Positions 26,692-37,101 are shown, counted from the stretch's first letter. The stretch: DNA of 64,000 nt from Faecalimonas sp. (GCA_045629665.1 JAZQRQ010000073.1:7892-71891), one strand, 5' to 3'. Program-made: numbers and translations. Notes: a model not told the origin generated them from the letters alone.

Positions 26692-29600
26692 TTACACCTT
26701 TTCTAGTTGTTTTTCCACCACTTTTACGCGGTCTTTGCCAAAATATTTTTGTAGCATCTCTAAAACATCTGCATCGACGTGAATATTGCGGTTTGCAGGA
26801 AGTCTTTTGACTGCTTTTTCCTTTGCGCAATATATCACAACTCGATCAGGTCCCTCCGAATGCTTTAACATTTCAAACAGATTTGCTTCCTCTGCCTGAT
26901 ATGATGGAATATCTGTAAATTGAATCCATAATTCACAAGGAACATCTTCAAATGGAATTACGGTCTCGCAAATGAGCTTGCTCGCGCCACCGTCTTCCTC
27001 AGATACTCGCCCTTTCACAAACACTTTTGCATCCTCATTCAGATACTGCTTACTCCTCTCGTAATCCTTTGGAAATACCATAACTTCCACCGTTCCCATA
27101 AGGTCTTCAATACTTAAGAACGCCATCGTCTTATTGGTCTTGGTATATTTGATCGTCTTTGCCGCAATCATACCACCGATAATCGCGCGCTCACCTTCGC
27201 GCACCTTTGTGTGTCCGGTCTCCTCATCCAACTGGAAGTCCATCGTTGTTGCTGTAATACTCTTCTTCCACTTCGCCTCATACTCTTCCATTGGATGCCC
27301 GCTGACATAGATGCCGAGCACTTCCTTCTCAAAAGCAAGCATTGTCTCTTTCTCATACTCACCCACATTTGGAAGCGGAATGTCAAATTCGCTCTTCTGC
27401 TCTTCACTCACCATATCAAACAATGTCATTTGACCGGTCATAGAGTATTTTTTCTCCTGCGCCACTTGGTCTACAATCTTGATATATATCATCATGAACT
27501 GCTTTCTGGTTCCGCCGAGGCAATCCAGTGCACCTGCTTTGATAAAGCTTTCAATGGTTCGCTTATTCACTTCTTTTCCTGTCAAACGCTCAATAAAGTC
27601 CTTGAGATGTTTGAACGGACCATTTTTCTCTCGCTCTGCAACAATTGCTTCAATCACCGGACGGCCGACACTCTTGATTGCTGACAACCCGTAGAGGATA
27701 TTGTTGCCGCTCACAGAGAAATTGCCCTCGCTGGTATTGATATCAGGTGGTAATATCTGAATTCCCATCTGACGACAAGTATAAATATATTCTGCCACTT
27801 TTCCGGCATTATCAATCACGGAAGTCATAAGGGCTGCCATGAATTCTACCGGATAATAGTATTTGAGATACGCTGTCTGATATGACACAATCGCATAAGC
27901 TGCCGCATGCGACTTATTAAATGCATACTTTGCAAAATCAATCATCTCATCATATATTTTATTTGCGGTCGCTTCATCGATACCATTTGCAATACATCCC
28001 GGCACGCCTTCCTCCGCATTACCATACACAAAGTTCTGTCTCTCCTTCTCCATGACATCCGCCTTCTTTTTAGACATGGCACGGCGGAGAAGGTCACTTC
28101 TGCCGAGTGTATAACCTGCCAGGTCACGCACAATCTGCATAACCTGCTCCTGATATACAATACATCCGTAGGTTGCCTTTAAGATCGGCTCAAGTTGCGG
28201 ACAATCGTAGGTAATTGCATTCTGATCATTTTTGCCCTTAATATACTGTGGAATAAAATCCATCGGACCCGGTCGGTAAAGCGCGATACCCGCAATAATA
28301 TCTTCAAGACTCTGAGGTTTGAGTTCCTTCATAAAACTCTTCATGCCGGCACTTTCCAATTGGAACACACCATCTGTCTTGCCGGTTCCAATCGAATCCA
28401 GTACTGCTTTATCGTTATAATCGATATGGTCAATATCAATTTTCTTTCCTGTATTCTTCTCAACCAAACGAACGGCATCACGAATAACGGTCAACGTGCG
28501 CAGACCGAGAAAATCCATTTTAAGCAAGCCTAATTCTTCCAACGTCGTCATAACAAACTGTGTCGTTACGGAACCATCTGAACCTAACGACAATGGAACA
28601 TATTCATCTACCGGCTCTTGACAGATAACAACGCCCGCCGCATGCATAGACGAATGGCGTGGCAATCCTTCTAGACGTTTTGATACTTCAATGAGTTCCT
28701 GTACCTGTTCATCCTTCTGATACAATTCACGCAGTTCCGTGCTTGCATCCAATGCTTTATCCAACGTCATTCCAAGATCATTTGGAATCATTTTGGAAAT
28801 ACTGTCGCAGAGTGCATATGGCAAATCCATAACACGCCCCACATCGCGAACAACGGCTTTCGCCTTCAAAGTTCCGAATGTTACAATCTGTGCTACATTT
28901 TCGGCACCGTACTTACGCACCACATAATCGATTACCTCCTGTCTTCTCTCGTAGCAGAAGTCGATATCAATATCAGGCATGGAAACACGCTCCGGGTTGA
29001 GGAAACGCTCAAACAGAAGCTGGTACTTAATTGGGTCGATATTGGTGATGCCAAGAGTGTAAGCAACAATACTTCCTGCTGCAGAACCACGTCCCGGTCC
29101 AACCATAATTCCGTTTGTGCGGGCGTAATTGATAAAATCCCACACAATCAGGAAATAATCTACATAACCCATATTTTTAATGGTATTTAACTCATAGTTG
29201 AGTCTCTCCGTCAGTTCTCCCTCCGGATTCTCATATTTCTTATGTAATCCGTCGAAACAGAGTTTGTTCAGATATTCCCAAGCCGTAAGACCGTTCGGAA
29301 CTGCATATTTCGGCAACTTTGTCACGCCGAATTCTATAACCACATTACAGCGGTCGGCGATTTTCTGTGTGTTTTCAATCGCCTCCAAGGCATACGGAAA
29401 CAGCGCACGCATCTCGTCTTCTGATTTGACAAAATACTGTCCGCCCTCATAACGCATACGGTCTTCATCCGCCAATTTCTTTCCTGTCTGAATGCAGAGC
29501 AAAATATCATGCGGTTTCTCATCGTCCGCATAAGTGTAATGCACGTCATTCGTCGCCACAAGTTCAATCCCCGTATCTTGCGACAGACGCAAAAGTTGCT

Positions 29601-30165
29601 GATTCACCATTCCCTGCTCCTGCATGCCGTGGTCCTGAAGCTCCAGAAAGAAATTATTCTTTCCGAAAATATTCTCATAGCGCTTTGCCGCCTCCATCGC
29701 CTCTGCATACATGCCGCGAAGCAGGAACTTCTGAACCTCTCCGGCCAGACATGCACTGAGGGCAATGATACCCTCATGGTACTTCTCCAATACCTCCATA
29801 TCGACACGCGGTTTGTAATAATAACCGTCCACAAACCCTTTGGATACAATCTTCATAAGATTCTGATATCCCGTATTATTCTCAGCAAGAAGCACCAGAT
29901 GGTAATATCGCTCCTCACTGCTATTGCCCGGCGTCTTGTCAAAACGGGAACCCGGTGCCACATAGACCTCGCAGCCCAATATCGGTTTGATACCGGCATT
30001 TTTTGCCGCACGATAGAAATCAATCACACCGTACATGACACCGTGGTCCGTAATCGCCGCACTGTTCATTCCCAGTTCTTTTACTCTTGCAACGTATTCT
30101 TTTATCTTATTCGAGCCGTCCAACAGACTGTATTCTGTATGGACGTGTAAATGTGCAAAACTCAT
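26692..30165 (-). CDS. dnaE: DNA polymerase III alpha subunit
   Basis: HLHVHTEYSLLDG PHP start, GPGRGSAAGS, NPERVSMPDIDID, KMDFLGL, YAFNKSHAAAY. Confidence 0.98.
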   Translation of the reverse strand: MSFAHLHVHTEYSLLDGSNKIKEYVARVKELGMNSAAITDHGVMYGVIDFYRAAKNAGIKPILGCEVYVAPGSRFDKTPGNSSEERYYHLVLLAENNTGYQNLMKIVSKGFVDGYYYKPRVDMEVLEKYHEGIIALSACLAGEVQKFLLRGMYAEAMEAAKRYENIFGKNNFFLELQDHGMQEQGMVNQQLLRLSQDTGIELVATNDVHYTYADDEKPHDILLCIQTGKKLADEDRMRYEGGQYFVKSEDEMRALFPYALEAIENTQKIADRCNVVIEFGVTKLPKYAVPNGLTAWEYLNKLCFDGLHKKYENPEGELTERLNYELNTIKNMGYVDYFLIVWDFINYARTNGIMVGPGRGSAAGSIVAYTLGITNIDPIKYQLLFERFLNPERVSMPDIDIDFCYERRQEVIDYVVRKYGAENVAQIVTFGTLKAKAVVRDVGRVMDLPYALCDSISKMIPNDLGMTLDKALDASTELRELYQKDEQVQELIEVSKRLEGLPRHSSMHAAGVVICQEPVDEYVPLSLGSDGSVTTQFVMTTLEELGLLKMDFLGLRTLTVIRDAVRLVEKNTGKKIDIDHIDYNDKAVLDSIGTGKTDGVFQLESAGMKSFMKELKPQSLEDIIAGIALYRPGPMDFIPQYIKGKNDQNAITYDCPQLEPILKATYGCIVYQEQVMQIVRDLAGYTLGRSDLLRRAMSKKKADVMEKERQNFVYGNAEEGVPGCIANGIDEATANKIYDEMIDFAKYAFNKSHAAAYAIVSYQTAYLKYYYPVEFMAALMTSVIDNAGKVAEYIYTCRQMGIQILPPDINTSEGNFSVSGNNILYGLSAIKSVGRPVIEAIVAEREKNGPFKHLKDFIERLTGKEVNKRTIESFIKAGALDCLGGTRKQFMMIYIKIVDQVAQEKKYSMTGQMTLFDMVSEEQKSEFDIPLPNVGEYEKETMLAFEKEVLGIYVSGHPMEEYEAKWKKSITATTMDFQLDEETGHTKVREGERAIIGGMIAAKTIKYTKTNKTMAFLSIEDLMGTVEVMVFPKDYERSKQYLNEDAKVFVKGRVSEEDGGASKLICETVIPFEDVPCELWIQFTDIPSYQAEEANLFEMLKHSEGPDRVVIYCAKEKAVKRLPANRNIHVDADVLEMLQKYFGKDRVKVVEKQLEKV

Positions 30166-30987
30166 TTATTTCACCTTTATCGATTTATCGTCTATTAGTA
30201 TTTTACCTTCTTTTAAGAGTCTCCCAACTGCACGCTTAAATGCATTTTTGCTTAGGTTAAACTCTCTCTTAATGATTTCAGGGTCTGCTTTATCGTTAAA
30301 TGGAAGTGCTCCGCCATATTCCTCCAGTCTCTTCCAAATCATTTCCGCATCCTTGTCCATCTGCATCGGAATCTTATCCCGAACACTTAAGTCCAGTTTG
30401 CCGTCCGTCTTCACTGCTGTTACGCGGGCCTTTACCGTTTGTCCAACACGAAGCTTTCCGTATGCTTCTTTCTTCGGAATCAAGGCTGAAAATTGATTGT
30501 CTACCGCAACAAACACACCGAATTCCTCACTGGTGTCGTAGATAATTCCCTCCACCATGTCATCCTTCTGATACGGCGAATCCTTGCGTAGTAAATCATA
30601 CACTTTCATGGTTGCACAGAGGCGCTCGCTCTTATCGATGTAAAGAGTGACCAGACACTTGTCCCCTTTCATCACCTTTGCCGTCTGCTGTTTAAACGGA
30701 AGGAACAAGTCTTTTTCCAATCCCCAGTTTAAGAATGCCCCGAATTTATTCGTGTCTGCAACTTCCAGAACTGCCAGTTCACCAAGTTCCACCTTCGGCT
30801 CATTTGTGGTCACAATTAAACGGTCATCCGAATCTTTATACAAGAATACCTCCACAGGATCCCCCGGCTCTACTCCTGCCGGCACCTGTTTCTTTGGAAG
30901 CAATACTCTCTCCTCATCATTTCCAAGGTATACACCAAAATCTACTTGTTTCACTACTGTCAGCACTTGTCTTTTGCCTAATCTCAT
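30166..30987 (-). CDS. cvfB: CvfB-family S1 RNA-binding protein
   Basis: FGVYL...VLLPKKQ, GAFLNWGLEKDLFLPF, SKNAFKRAVGRLLKEG; ATG 30987 after GGAG. Confidence 0.9.
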   Translation of the reverse strand: MRLGKRQVLTVVKQVDFGVYLGNDEERVLLPKKQVPAGVEPGDPVEVFLYKDSDDRLIVTTNEPKVELGELAVLEVADTNKFGAFLNWGLEKDLFLPFKQQTAKVMKGDKCLVTLYIDKSERLCATMKVYDLLRKDSPYQKDDMVEGIIYDTSEEFGVFVAVDNQFSALIPKKEAYGKLRVGQTVKARVTAVKTDGKLDLSVRDKIPMQMDKDAEMIWKRLEEYGGALPFNDKADPEIIKREFNLSKNAFKRAVGRLLKEGKILIDDKSIKVK

Positions 30988-30992
30988 CTCAT

Positions 30993-31700
30993 CTATTCTC
31001 CTATAAATTCTACAATCGCGTATGGACTGCCTTCCTCGTCGCAAAGGCCTGCACAGATTCTACCTTCCTCCACCGCACATTTCAAGATCATTTTATCTCC
31101 GTATACTGCTGCCTTTTTGTATTCCACACGAAGTCCTGTCACGTCAAAATTCTCCGGAACGGCCTCGTAAGCAAGCTCAATATATTTACTATTGTTGACG
31201 TGATTGTTCGTATCAATATGATACTTGTGAACCATAAATGTGTCAACCACTTGCGCCTCCTCCGGAAGCTTGATTTTTCTGGAAACGCTCGCTATCGGAA
31301 GTGGCTCCTCCGTCCCGTAAGTGTCAATCTCTTCCTGGTCAGGTTTTACCGGTCTTCCTGTCTCCGTGTCCACATAGACCCACAGGCTGTGCGCACAGGC
31401 GAGTTCCTCTCCATCTGCCGTCTTCAGCATGAAATCTCTCGGTCCAAATACGCCCTTGAATCCGGTCGCCCAGGTGGATACTTCTATCCTTTCTCCGACT
31501 TCCGGACGGCGCCTTACAAACACCTGCCAGGAATTCAGAATCCACGCTCTTTTCTTCTCTCTCAGATATGTAAATCCCACGCCCAACTTCTCAGAGTTCT
31601 CCGTGGTGCAATCCTGAAAGTAATTGATAATTGCAGGAATCTTTATTTTATTGTCTGTCGCGCACTCGCTGTAGCGAACACGCCCTTCCATCTTGTACAT
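30993..31700 (-). CDS. Acyl-ACP thioesterase
   Basis: RVRYSE, AWILNSWQV, HIDTNNHVNNSKY. Confidence 0.92.
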   Translation of the reverse strand: MYKMEGRVRYSECATDNKIKIPAIINYFQDCTTENSEKLGVGFTYLREKKRAWILNSWQVFVRRRPEVGERIEVSTWATGFKGVFGPRDFMLKTADGEELACAHSLWVYVDTETGRPVKPDQEEIDTYGTEEPLPIASVSRKIKLPEEAQVVDTFMVHKYHIDTNNHVNNSKYIELAYEAVPENFDVTGLRVEYKKAAVYGDKMILKCAVEEGRICAGLCDEEGSPYAIVEFIGE

Positions 31701-31721
31701 TTTGTCTCCTCCGTCCGCGGA

Positions 31722-32312
31722 TTAGAAAAAGAACCATCCGATTTTAAAACGGGTTGTCGCCGTCACCATCTCATAGGTATCCTCTTCCAGTACTTTTTTC
31801 AAATCCTTTTTTCCTTTCTCCGGCACCACTGCATGTACCGCGTCGATAAAGCAGAGATTCGGGTACAACACGCACCACCAGTTCTGCCCTTTGGCTTCTC
31901 CGATTTCTATGCGAAGCGCCTCATATTCCCCCGGCGGAAATGTAATATCGCCGTAGGTCTTTTCCGGAAAATCACAGGTTGTAACCTCTGCCGTCACTTC
32001 ATACGCATAGCCTTCCTCACAAATCACTGCTTCCGCCAGATTTACAATGGCATCCAAATGGCTCTTCGCCCATTCCTTTGTCGTCTCCACACTGTCAGAA
32101 CTCGGAATCTCCTCCTTCATATAGGCAATGACCGCTTCCTTGACCTGCATTTTGAGTGCCTGGTCCTCCTCACTGTCGCTGTTTGCCAGCACATGAAAAC
32201 GGAACACTTCCTCCGCCAAATCCTGTTGCATCTGAGACTGCTTTGCATTTACCACAATGCCGGTCACCACAAGTGAAATCAGGATTCCGGCTAACACACA
32301 TATCTTTTTCAT
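31722..32312 (-). CDS. spoIIR: Stage II sporulation protein R
   Basis: FRFHVLANSDSEEDQALK, FPEKTYGDITFPPGEYEALRIEIGEAKGQNWWCVLYP. Confidence 0.96.
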   Translation of the reverse strand: MKKICVLAGILISLVVTGIVVNAKQSQMQQDLAEEVFRFHVLANSDSEEDQALKMQVKEAVIAYMKEEIPSSDSVETTKEWAKSHLDAIVNLAEAVICEEGYAYEVTAEVTTCDFPEKTYGDITFPPGEYEALRIEIGEAKGQNWWCVLYPNLCFIDAVHAVVPEKGKKDLKKVLEEDTYEMVTATTRFKIGWFFF

Positions 32313-32342
32313 ACTCTATGTACCTCCATATATGATAGTCGG

Positions 32343-32370
32343 AGTGTTCCCATATTTCTGAAAAGTATAC
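32343..32370 (-). promoter_or_regulatory. Sigma-F-like promoter of spoIIR
   Basis: GTATA (32370-32366), 14 bp, GGGAACACT (32351-32343); spoIIR is sigma-F dependent in Firmicutes. Confidence 0.55.
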
Positions 32371-32378
32371 ATTTATTT

Positions 32379-33053
32379 TTATTTCTTGGTGCGAATCGTA
32401 TCTACAACCGCATTCATCTGATTGTCGATATGCGTACCGATGGCCTGTTTTGCTGCCACCTTGTCCCTCTGTGCAAGACACTCGATAATATGCTCATGCT
32501 CCGCAAACAATGTGGCATGGACCTCTTCTCTCTTCAAATATTCCACGCGATAACGATACATCTGTTCACGCAGGTTATACAAAAGCTGAATGAGTCTCTG
32601 ATTATCCGTCGCAAAATAAATAATGTCATGGAACTTTACATCTGCCTCTGCAAGTGCAGTCACATCTTCTCCCTTTGACACTTCTTCAAATTCCTTTGCA
32701 GCAGCACGGAGTTTGTCCACATCCTCTTCGGAGATTCGAGCACAGGCAAGTTCAACTGCCAGTTCTTCCAACGCACTGCGCACTTCCAACACATCGCGCA
32801 GACTCTTTTCCGTAATCTCTGCAACCTCTGCGCCGCGTCTTGGAATCATCAGCACCAATCCCTCTAATTCTAATTTGCGAATCGCCTCACGAATCGGTGT
32901 GCGGCTAACACCTAATTTATTCGCAAGTTGAATCTCCATCAGACGTTCGCCCGGTTTTAACTCTCCGCGAAGAATCGCCTGACGCAGTGTATTAAATACC
33001 ACGTCACGAAGTGGTAAATATTGATCCATATCTACTTGAAAATCCGTTCCCAT
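32379..33053 (-). CDS. GntR-family (FCD domain) transcriptional regulator
   Basis: LKPGERLMEIQLANKLGVSRTPIREAIRKLELEGLV; FHDIIY, EHEHII. Confidence 0.93.
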   Translation of the reverse strand: MGTDFQVDMDQYLPLRDVVFNTLRQAILRGELKPGERLMEIQLANKLGVSRTPIREAIRKLELEGLVLMIPRRGAEVAEITEKSLRDVLEVRSALEELAVELACARISEEDVDKLRAAAKEFEEVSKGEDVTALAEADVKFHDIIYFATDNQRLIQLLYNLREQMYRYRVEYLKREEVHATLFAEHEHIIECLAQRDKVAAKQAIGTHIDNQMNAVVDTIRTKK

Positions 33054-33054
33054 G

Positions 33055-33933
33055 TTATTTCCTCCTGACATTGTGTACATTTGCTATATAAACTTGCTTT
33101 GCAATCTGTAACTCTCGAATCTTTTGCCTCGCAACCTTTGCCTTTGCGCAATCCTCAAAGATTCCAAAAACAGTCGGACCACTACCGCTCATCATTGCAT
33201 TCAGCGCACCGTATTCTTTCATGACATTTTTAATTTGCTCAATAATTGGATAATCCCCGATTGTTACAGTCTCAAGCACATTTCCCATAGAAGCCACGAC
33301 CTTGTAAATGTCCTGCTTGTCCAGACCTTCTAAGATGCCGTCAATATTCGGATGCTCGGTAATCTCCTGCGAATCCAGTTTCTCATACACCGTCTTTGTA
33401 GACACGCTGATTCCCGGCTTTGCAATCAGAACATAGCATTTTGGAAGTGGTGGCAGTGGAGTTAGTATCTCGCCGATTCCCTCCGCGAGCACAGTTCCTC
33501 TCATCACGCAATACGGAACGTCCGCGCCGAGTGACACGCCTCTCTCCATCAGATCCTTCTGAGAAAGCCCCAATGAAAACAGTCGGTTCATTCCCACCAG
33601 AACTGCTGCCGCATTGGCACTTCCACCGGCCAAACCTGCGGCAACAGGAATATGTTTATCTAATACAATGCGAACACCTTCCTGAATATCAAACTCATCC
33701 ATCAAAAGCCTCGCCGCTTTGTATGCAATATTAGTATTGTCCACCGGAAGATAGAAGAGATTACATTCCAAATGAATGCCCGCCTCCTCTGTCTTTGTGA
33801 GCGTCACGTTGTCGTACAAATAAATGGTCTGCATAACCATACGGACATCGTGATAACCATTCTCTCTTCTTCCTAGTACATCTAACCCCAGATTAATTTT
33901 CGCAAGAGCTTTTAGCGTTACGGTATCGTTCAT
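33055..33933 (-). CDS. ispE: 4-(cytidine 5'-diphospho)-2-C-methyl-D-erythritol kinase
   Basis: AKINLGLDV, KHIPVAAGLAGGSANAAA, LGADVP, MMSGSGPTVF. Confidence 0.96.
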   Translation of the reverse strand: MNDTVTLKALAKINLGLDVLGRRENGYHDVRMVMQTIYLYDNVTLTKTEEAGIHLECNLFYLPVDNTNIAYKAARLLMDEFDIQEGVRIVLDKHIPVAAGLAGGSANAAAVLVGMNRLFSLGLSQKDLMERGVSLGADVPYCVMRGTVLAEGIGEILTPLPPLPKCYVLIAKPGISVSTKTVYEKLDSQEITEHPNIDGILEGLDKQDIYKVVASMGNVLETVTIGDYPIIEQIKNVMKEYGALNAMMSGSGPTVFGIFEDCAKAKVARQKIRELQIAKQVYIANVHNVRRK

Positions 33934-33989
33934 GTTTTTCCCCCGTTAAGTCATCTTTGTATTTCTTTTGTATCTTGTATACACTCTTA

Positions 33990-35549
33990 TTACAGTATAC
34001 TCATATTTTCCTTAAAAATCAATAACCTGTCACCCGGTTTTATCTGTTCATTTCCCACATCATTCATCTCTTTGATAGCATCCACGGTCGTACTGTAACG
34101 CTTCGCCAGTGTCCACAGATCATCGCCGTCTTTCACCAAATACCCCACGATGCTCGGACGCTTCGCTGCCTCTTCCATATCAATCGGCTCCACGCGCACA
34201 TTTTGAATCATTTCCGTTCTTCCGCTTTTCTTAAAAAAGCCGTGAAATGCCAGCGCGGCTTTCACTTCAATCTCATCGCCACCCTGCAACGTAATGCTGA
34301 GTTGCTCTAAAGTCACAGATATATGATATCTCAGATTTTCATCTGTCTCATTACATTCAATCAGATGTGTAAACGGAACTACGCCGTGCCATGTATCAAA
34401 TGGCATGTTATCATTAGCCTTTACATATAGGAAACTAATATACAAGGCACCTTCTACCAAAATGCCATCTTCTCTCATATCCATTTTATCTACGCAAATC
34501 GTTCCGCTGCTATGGCAAATCTGCAAAATGTCACCCCGAAGTTCCGGAAGCGAAAGTCTCTCCATTACCTTACATTTTGAATGATTTTGAAGCACGAGTT
34601 GCTCATATTCTACCGGCTTTTTCTCCAAAATGCAGTTGTGCTCCAGCGAGTAAAGGTCCTCGAGAACTTCCATTTTTTCTTCTTCATATACTGCGATAAA
34701 TAGTTGCAAAGTTCCCTCAATTCCAATTACACGCATCTCGCCGTCCTCGTCCACGCGCACATCCGCATGTACATCCTCCATATTTGCCTGCACGTGATGG
34801 AACATCGTCTCGTCAACGCCATAGCATTCCACGCGGCCTTGATACGGAACCGCCTGTTCAATCCAATCGATTTTGCCGTCCGGCGACTCATAGAAACAGA
34901 ATACCAAAAGTTCGCCCATGATTTGCAGTTCATCCACCACAAGCTTTGTGTCCAGTCTGCGGTTCGCAATATCTGTCCACAGCATCACACCGATCGATTC
35001 CTTGGTTCCCGGAAGCGTAATTTCCTCCTTGATTCGATAAGTGTCCTTTTTCGATGTCTGCAGCTTTAACATATCTATCTCTTTTTGCTTTTTATACACT
35101 CTTCCGCCACTCTCCACATCGGTCGGAATCTCCCATGTGTTTTGTTTTTCTGACTCAATTTCCATCTCTACCATTGCCTTGATGCGGAGCTTTCTAGAGT
35201 GTATCATATGTACATGAAGCTCTGCCCTCGCACTCTTTACATCCATGTTTCGGTCGGCGCCGTCCTCCACATAGACCATTTCCACAAACGGAATCTTGCC
35301 TTCCAAACTAGAAAATGTTGGCTCGATTCCCTCCGCCACATAGAGAATCTGGAACTCAATTTTTCCCTGCACGCGCAGATAATTTTCCACCGGTTTAATC
35401 TCGTCAATTCGCACGCGCCCTTCGCTGCTCACGATTTTCTCTACATCATTTTTACTGTCCGGCACATTGAAATCTTCATCCAGCATAAACTGGTCGAAGA
35501 GCCTTCTGTCCACCTGATTTGTCTCGATTTGTCTTGTTATTACTTCCAT
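33990..35549 (-). CDS. SPOCS (DUF3794) repeat plus LysM spore-coat assembly protein (SipL-like)
   Basis: Three SPOCS-like repeats; C-terminal YLVKDGDDLWTLAKRYSTTVDAIKEMN LysM. Confidence 0.88.
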   Translation of the reverse strand: MEVITRQIETNQVDRRLFDQFMLDEDFNVPDSKNDVEKIVSSEGRVRIDEIKPVENYLRVQGKIEFQILYVAEGIEPTFSSLEGKIPFVEMVYVEDGADRNMDVKSARAELHVHMIHSRKLRIKAMVEMEIESEKQNTWEIPTDVESGGRVYKKQKEIDMLKLQTSKKDTYRIKEEITLPGTKESIGVMLWTDIANRRLDTKLVVDELQIMGELLVFCFYESPDGKIDWIEQAVPYQGRVECYGVDETMFHHVQANMEDVHADVRVDEDGEMRVIGIEGTLQLFIAVYEEEKMEVLEDLYSLEHNCILEKKPVEYEQLVLQNHSKCKVMERLSLPELRGDILQICHSSGTICVDKMDMREDGILVEGALYISFLYVKANDNMPFDTWHGVVPFTHLIECNETDENLRYHISVTLEQLSITLQGGDEIEVKAALAFHGFFKKSGRTEMIQNVRVEPIDMEEAAKRPSIVGYLVKDGDDLWTLAKRYSTTVDAIKEMNDVGNEQIKPGDRLLIFKENMSIL

Positions 35550-35561
35550 GCCTTAACTCCT

Positions 35562-35969
35562 TTACTCAAACACAACATTTTTATCAATAAATTCTGTCTT
35601 GACTACGATATACGGGTAGGTCGCCCGCTCCAATATCTTCTCATCTTTTGCCGGTCCAATCAGGTTCGTGTGTATATAAATGGCATTCTCTGTCTCGTAA
35701 AGTTCTGTCACTTCAATGCTGTAGCCACTCGTCGGCTGTCTGCCGTAGCCCACTGCAATATAGAGGGAACCGTCATCTGCGTAGGTCAGCTTAAAAGGCT
35801 CCTCATCTTTCTCGTCAATCATCTCCTCGAGTTCCTCCGGTATGTCCTTATTCGGAACAACCGTAAACTCAATATCTCTCAGTTTTTCTGTGCTGATTTT
35901 CTCTGTGGAACAGCCTATACAAAGGCATAAGATACTCATACATAATATGGCTAGGATATATTTTTTCAT
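35562..35969 (-). CDS. PrcB C-terminal domain lipoprotein
   Basis: Signal with LCIGC; YIAVGYGRQPTSGYSIEV, TYPYIVVK. Confidence 0.82.
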   Translation of the reverse strand: MKKYILAILCMSILCLCIGCSTEKISTEKLRDIEFTVVPNKDIPEELEEMIDEKDEEPFKLTYADDGSLYIAVGYGRQPTSGYSIEVTELYETENAIYIHTNLIGPAKDEKILERATYPYIVVKTEFIDKNVVFE

Positions 35970-36056
35970 GACAACCCCATATATGATTTCACTACTATCA
36001 TACGCATGAGGCTTGCTTTTTAGAATTATTTTGCTCTGAAACCCTGTGCAAATGTA

Positions 36057-36297
36057 TTTTACGGTGCATGTTACTCTTTTGCTGTTTTACACCGTAAATT
36101 ACGCTGACACATTTCGCACTTTACGGAATTTGATTAACAAATCAATATATACACCGTAAATTTCCGATACAGTCAAGCAAATTCGATTTTTTCTACGGTG
36201 TGTATTTGGATTTTTTCAACATTACACCGTCAACTCAAGAATTGACATCGCTTTGCTACGGTGAGCATGTTAAATATAAAGACTTGCACCGTAAAAT
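36057..36297. repeat. Array of four ~65-bp inverted-repeat units ACGGTG-N23/24-CACCGT
   Basis: ACGGTG at 36061, 36195, 36258 (ACGGAA at 36123); CACCGT at 36090, 36152, 36225, 36287; inner spacers 23, 23, 24, 23 nt. Confidence 0.85.
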
Positions 36298-36335
36298 GTC
36301 ATGAGGAGAAGTCTCAAATATTGGCTTAAAGCCAA

Positions 36336-36375
36336 AGAAGCCAGAGAGTCAATCGACTACCCTGGTTTCTTTTTC
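36336..36375. terminator. Probable terminator after the GNAT/small-ORF pair
   Basis: AGAAGCCAG (36336-36344) / CTGGTTTCT (36362-36370) with inner AGTC/GACT. Confidence 0.6.
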
Positions 36376-36383
36376 ATTGTAAG

Positions 36384-36578
36384 CTAATCAGATATTTTAA
36401 ACTTCTCAACTATCTCAGGTGTTACATCTCTGTTTGAGAGATTATTTTCCTTAATATAGCGACTCAATGCCCTTAAATCGACATCTAATGGTTCATGTGG
36501 GGCATAAGGCGAATGTGTTCTTACATATTCGTTTATCTGCTTTTCATACTCACTATAATTCTTCGTCTGTCCACTCAT
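36384..36578 (-). CDS. 64-aa hypothetical protein overlapping the GNAT gene end
   Basis: GGAGG RBS inside the upstream gene, ATG 36578, 26-nt overlap. Confidence 0.7.
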   Translation of the reverse strand: MSGQTKNYSEYEKQINEYVRTHSPYAPHEPLDVDLRALSRYIKENNLSNRDVTPEIVEKFKISD

Positions 36579-37101
36579 AATTGTATACCTCCATGAGTTT
36601 TTGAGTGTTTTCTCCATCTATCATAAAACGATGTGTTCCGTTTCTTGTAAAAATCTGTGATGCATGAAAATTCATAAGGTAATGTTTAAAGACTTCTTCA
36701 TTAATTGCATCGCCATATACATATCCTTCATATCCATGTGTAAACGATAATTCTGCAGCTATAGCAATCAAGTGGCCTCCCACACCTTGATACTTTTGAG
36801 TCCCTGTTTTTAACTTATTGTTCCAAGGTGCTGTGCACGCCCATACAATATATGTTGCCTTTGCAGCATCATCATATCTGAGTGCTATCAATCCTTGCAC
36901 ATCCACAGTTCCTTTTAATACTAGTGCATAGATCTCCACATCGTCTCCGAATTTGATCCAATTTACATACCAACCTGTATGTTTATTGAATTTTGCGAGA
37001 AAACTCTTTCTTTTTAATTGTATTACCTCTGTTTCAAAAATCTCACCAGTGCCTGTTTCTCTTAAGCATGGTGTCAATGTATCAATTGTAAATGTTATCA
37101 T
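36553..37101 (-). CDS. GNAT-like acetyltransferase
   Basis: VQGLIAL...YIVWACTAPWN...KYQGVGGHLIAIAAELSF..GYEG, an acetyl-CoA-binding GxG-type motif; AGGAGG RBS. Confidence 0.65.
   Translation of the reverse strand: MITFTIDTLTPCLRETGTGEIFETEVIQLKRKSFLAKFNKHTGWYVNWIKFGDDVEIYALVLKGTVDVQGLIALRYDDAAKATYIVWACTAPWNNKLKTGTQKYQGVGGHLIAIAAELSFTHGYEGYVYGDAINEEVFKHYLMNFHASQIFTRNGTHRFMIDGENTQKLMEVYNYEWTDEEL

Noticed and set aside
29509-30150. 213-aa plus-strand ORF
   Set aside because: Antisense shadow of dnaE.
30735-32276. 513-aa plus-strand ORF
   Set aside because: Antisense to three well-supported genes (cvfB, thioesterase, spoIIR), with no RBS or recognisable motifs; a shadow ORF.
36057-36297. CRISPR array
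   Set aside because: The conserved part is only 6-9 bp in alternating orientation, with no 23+ bp direct repeat and no cas genes.
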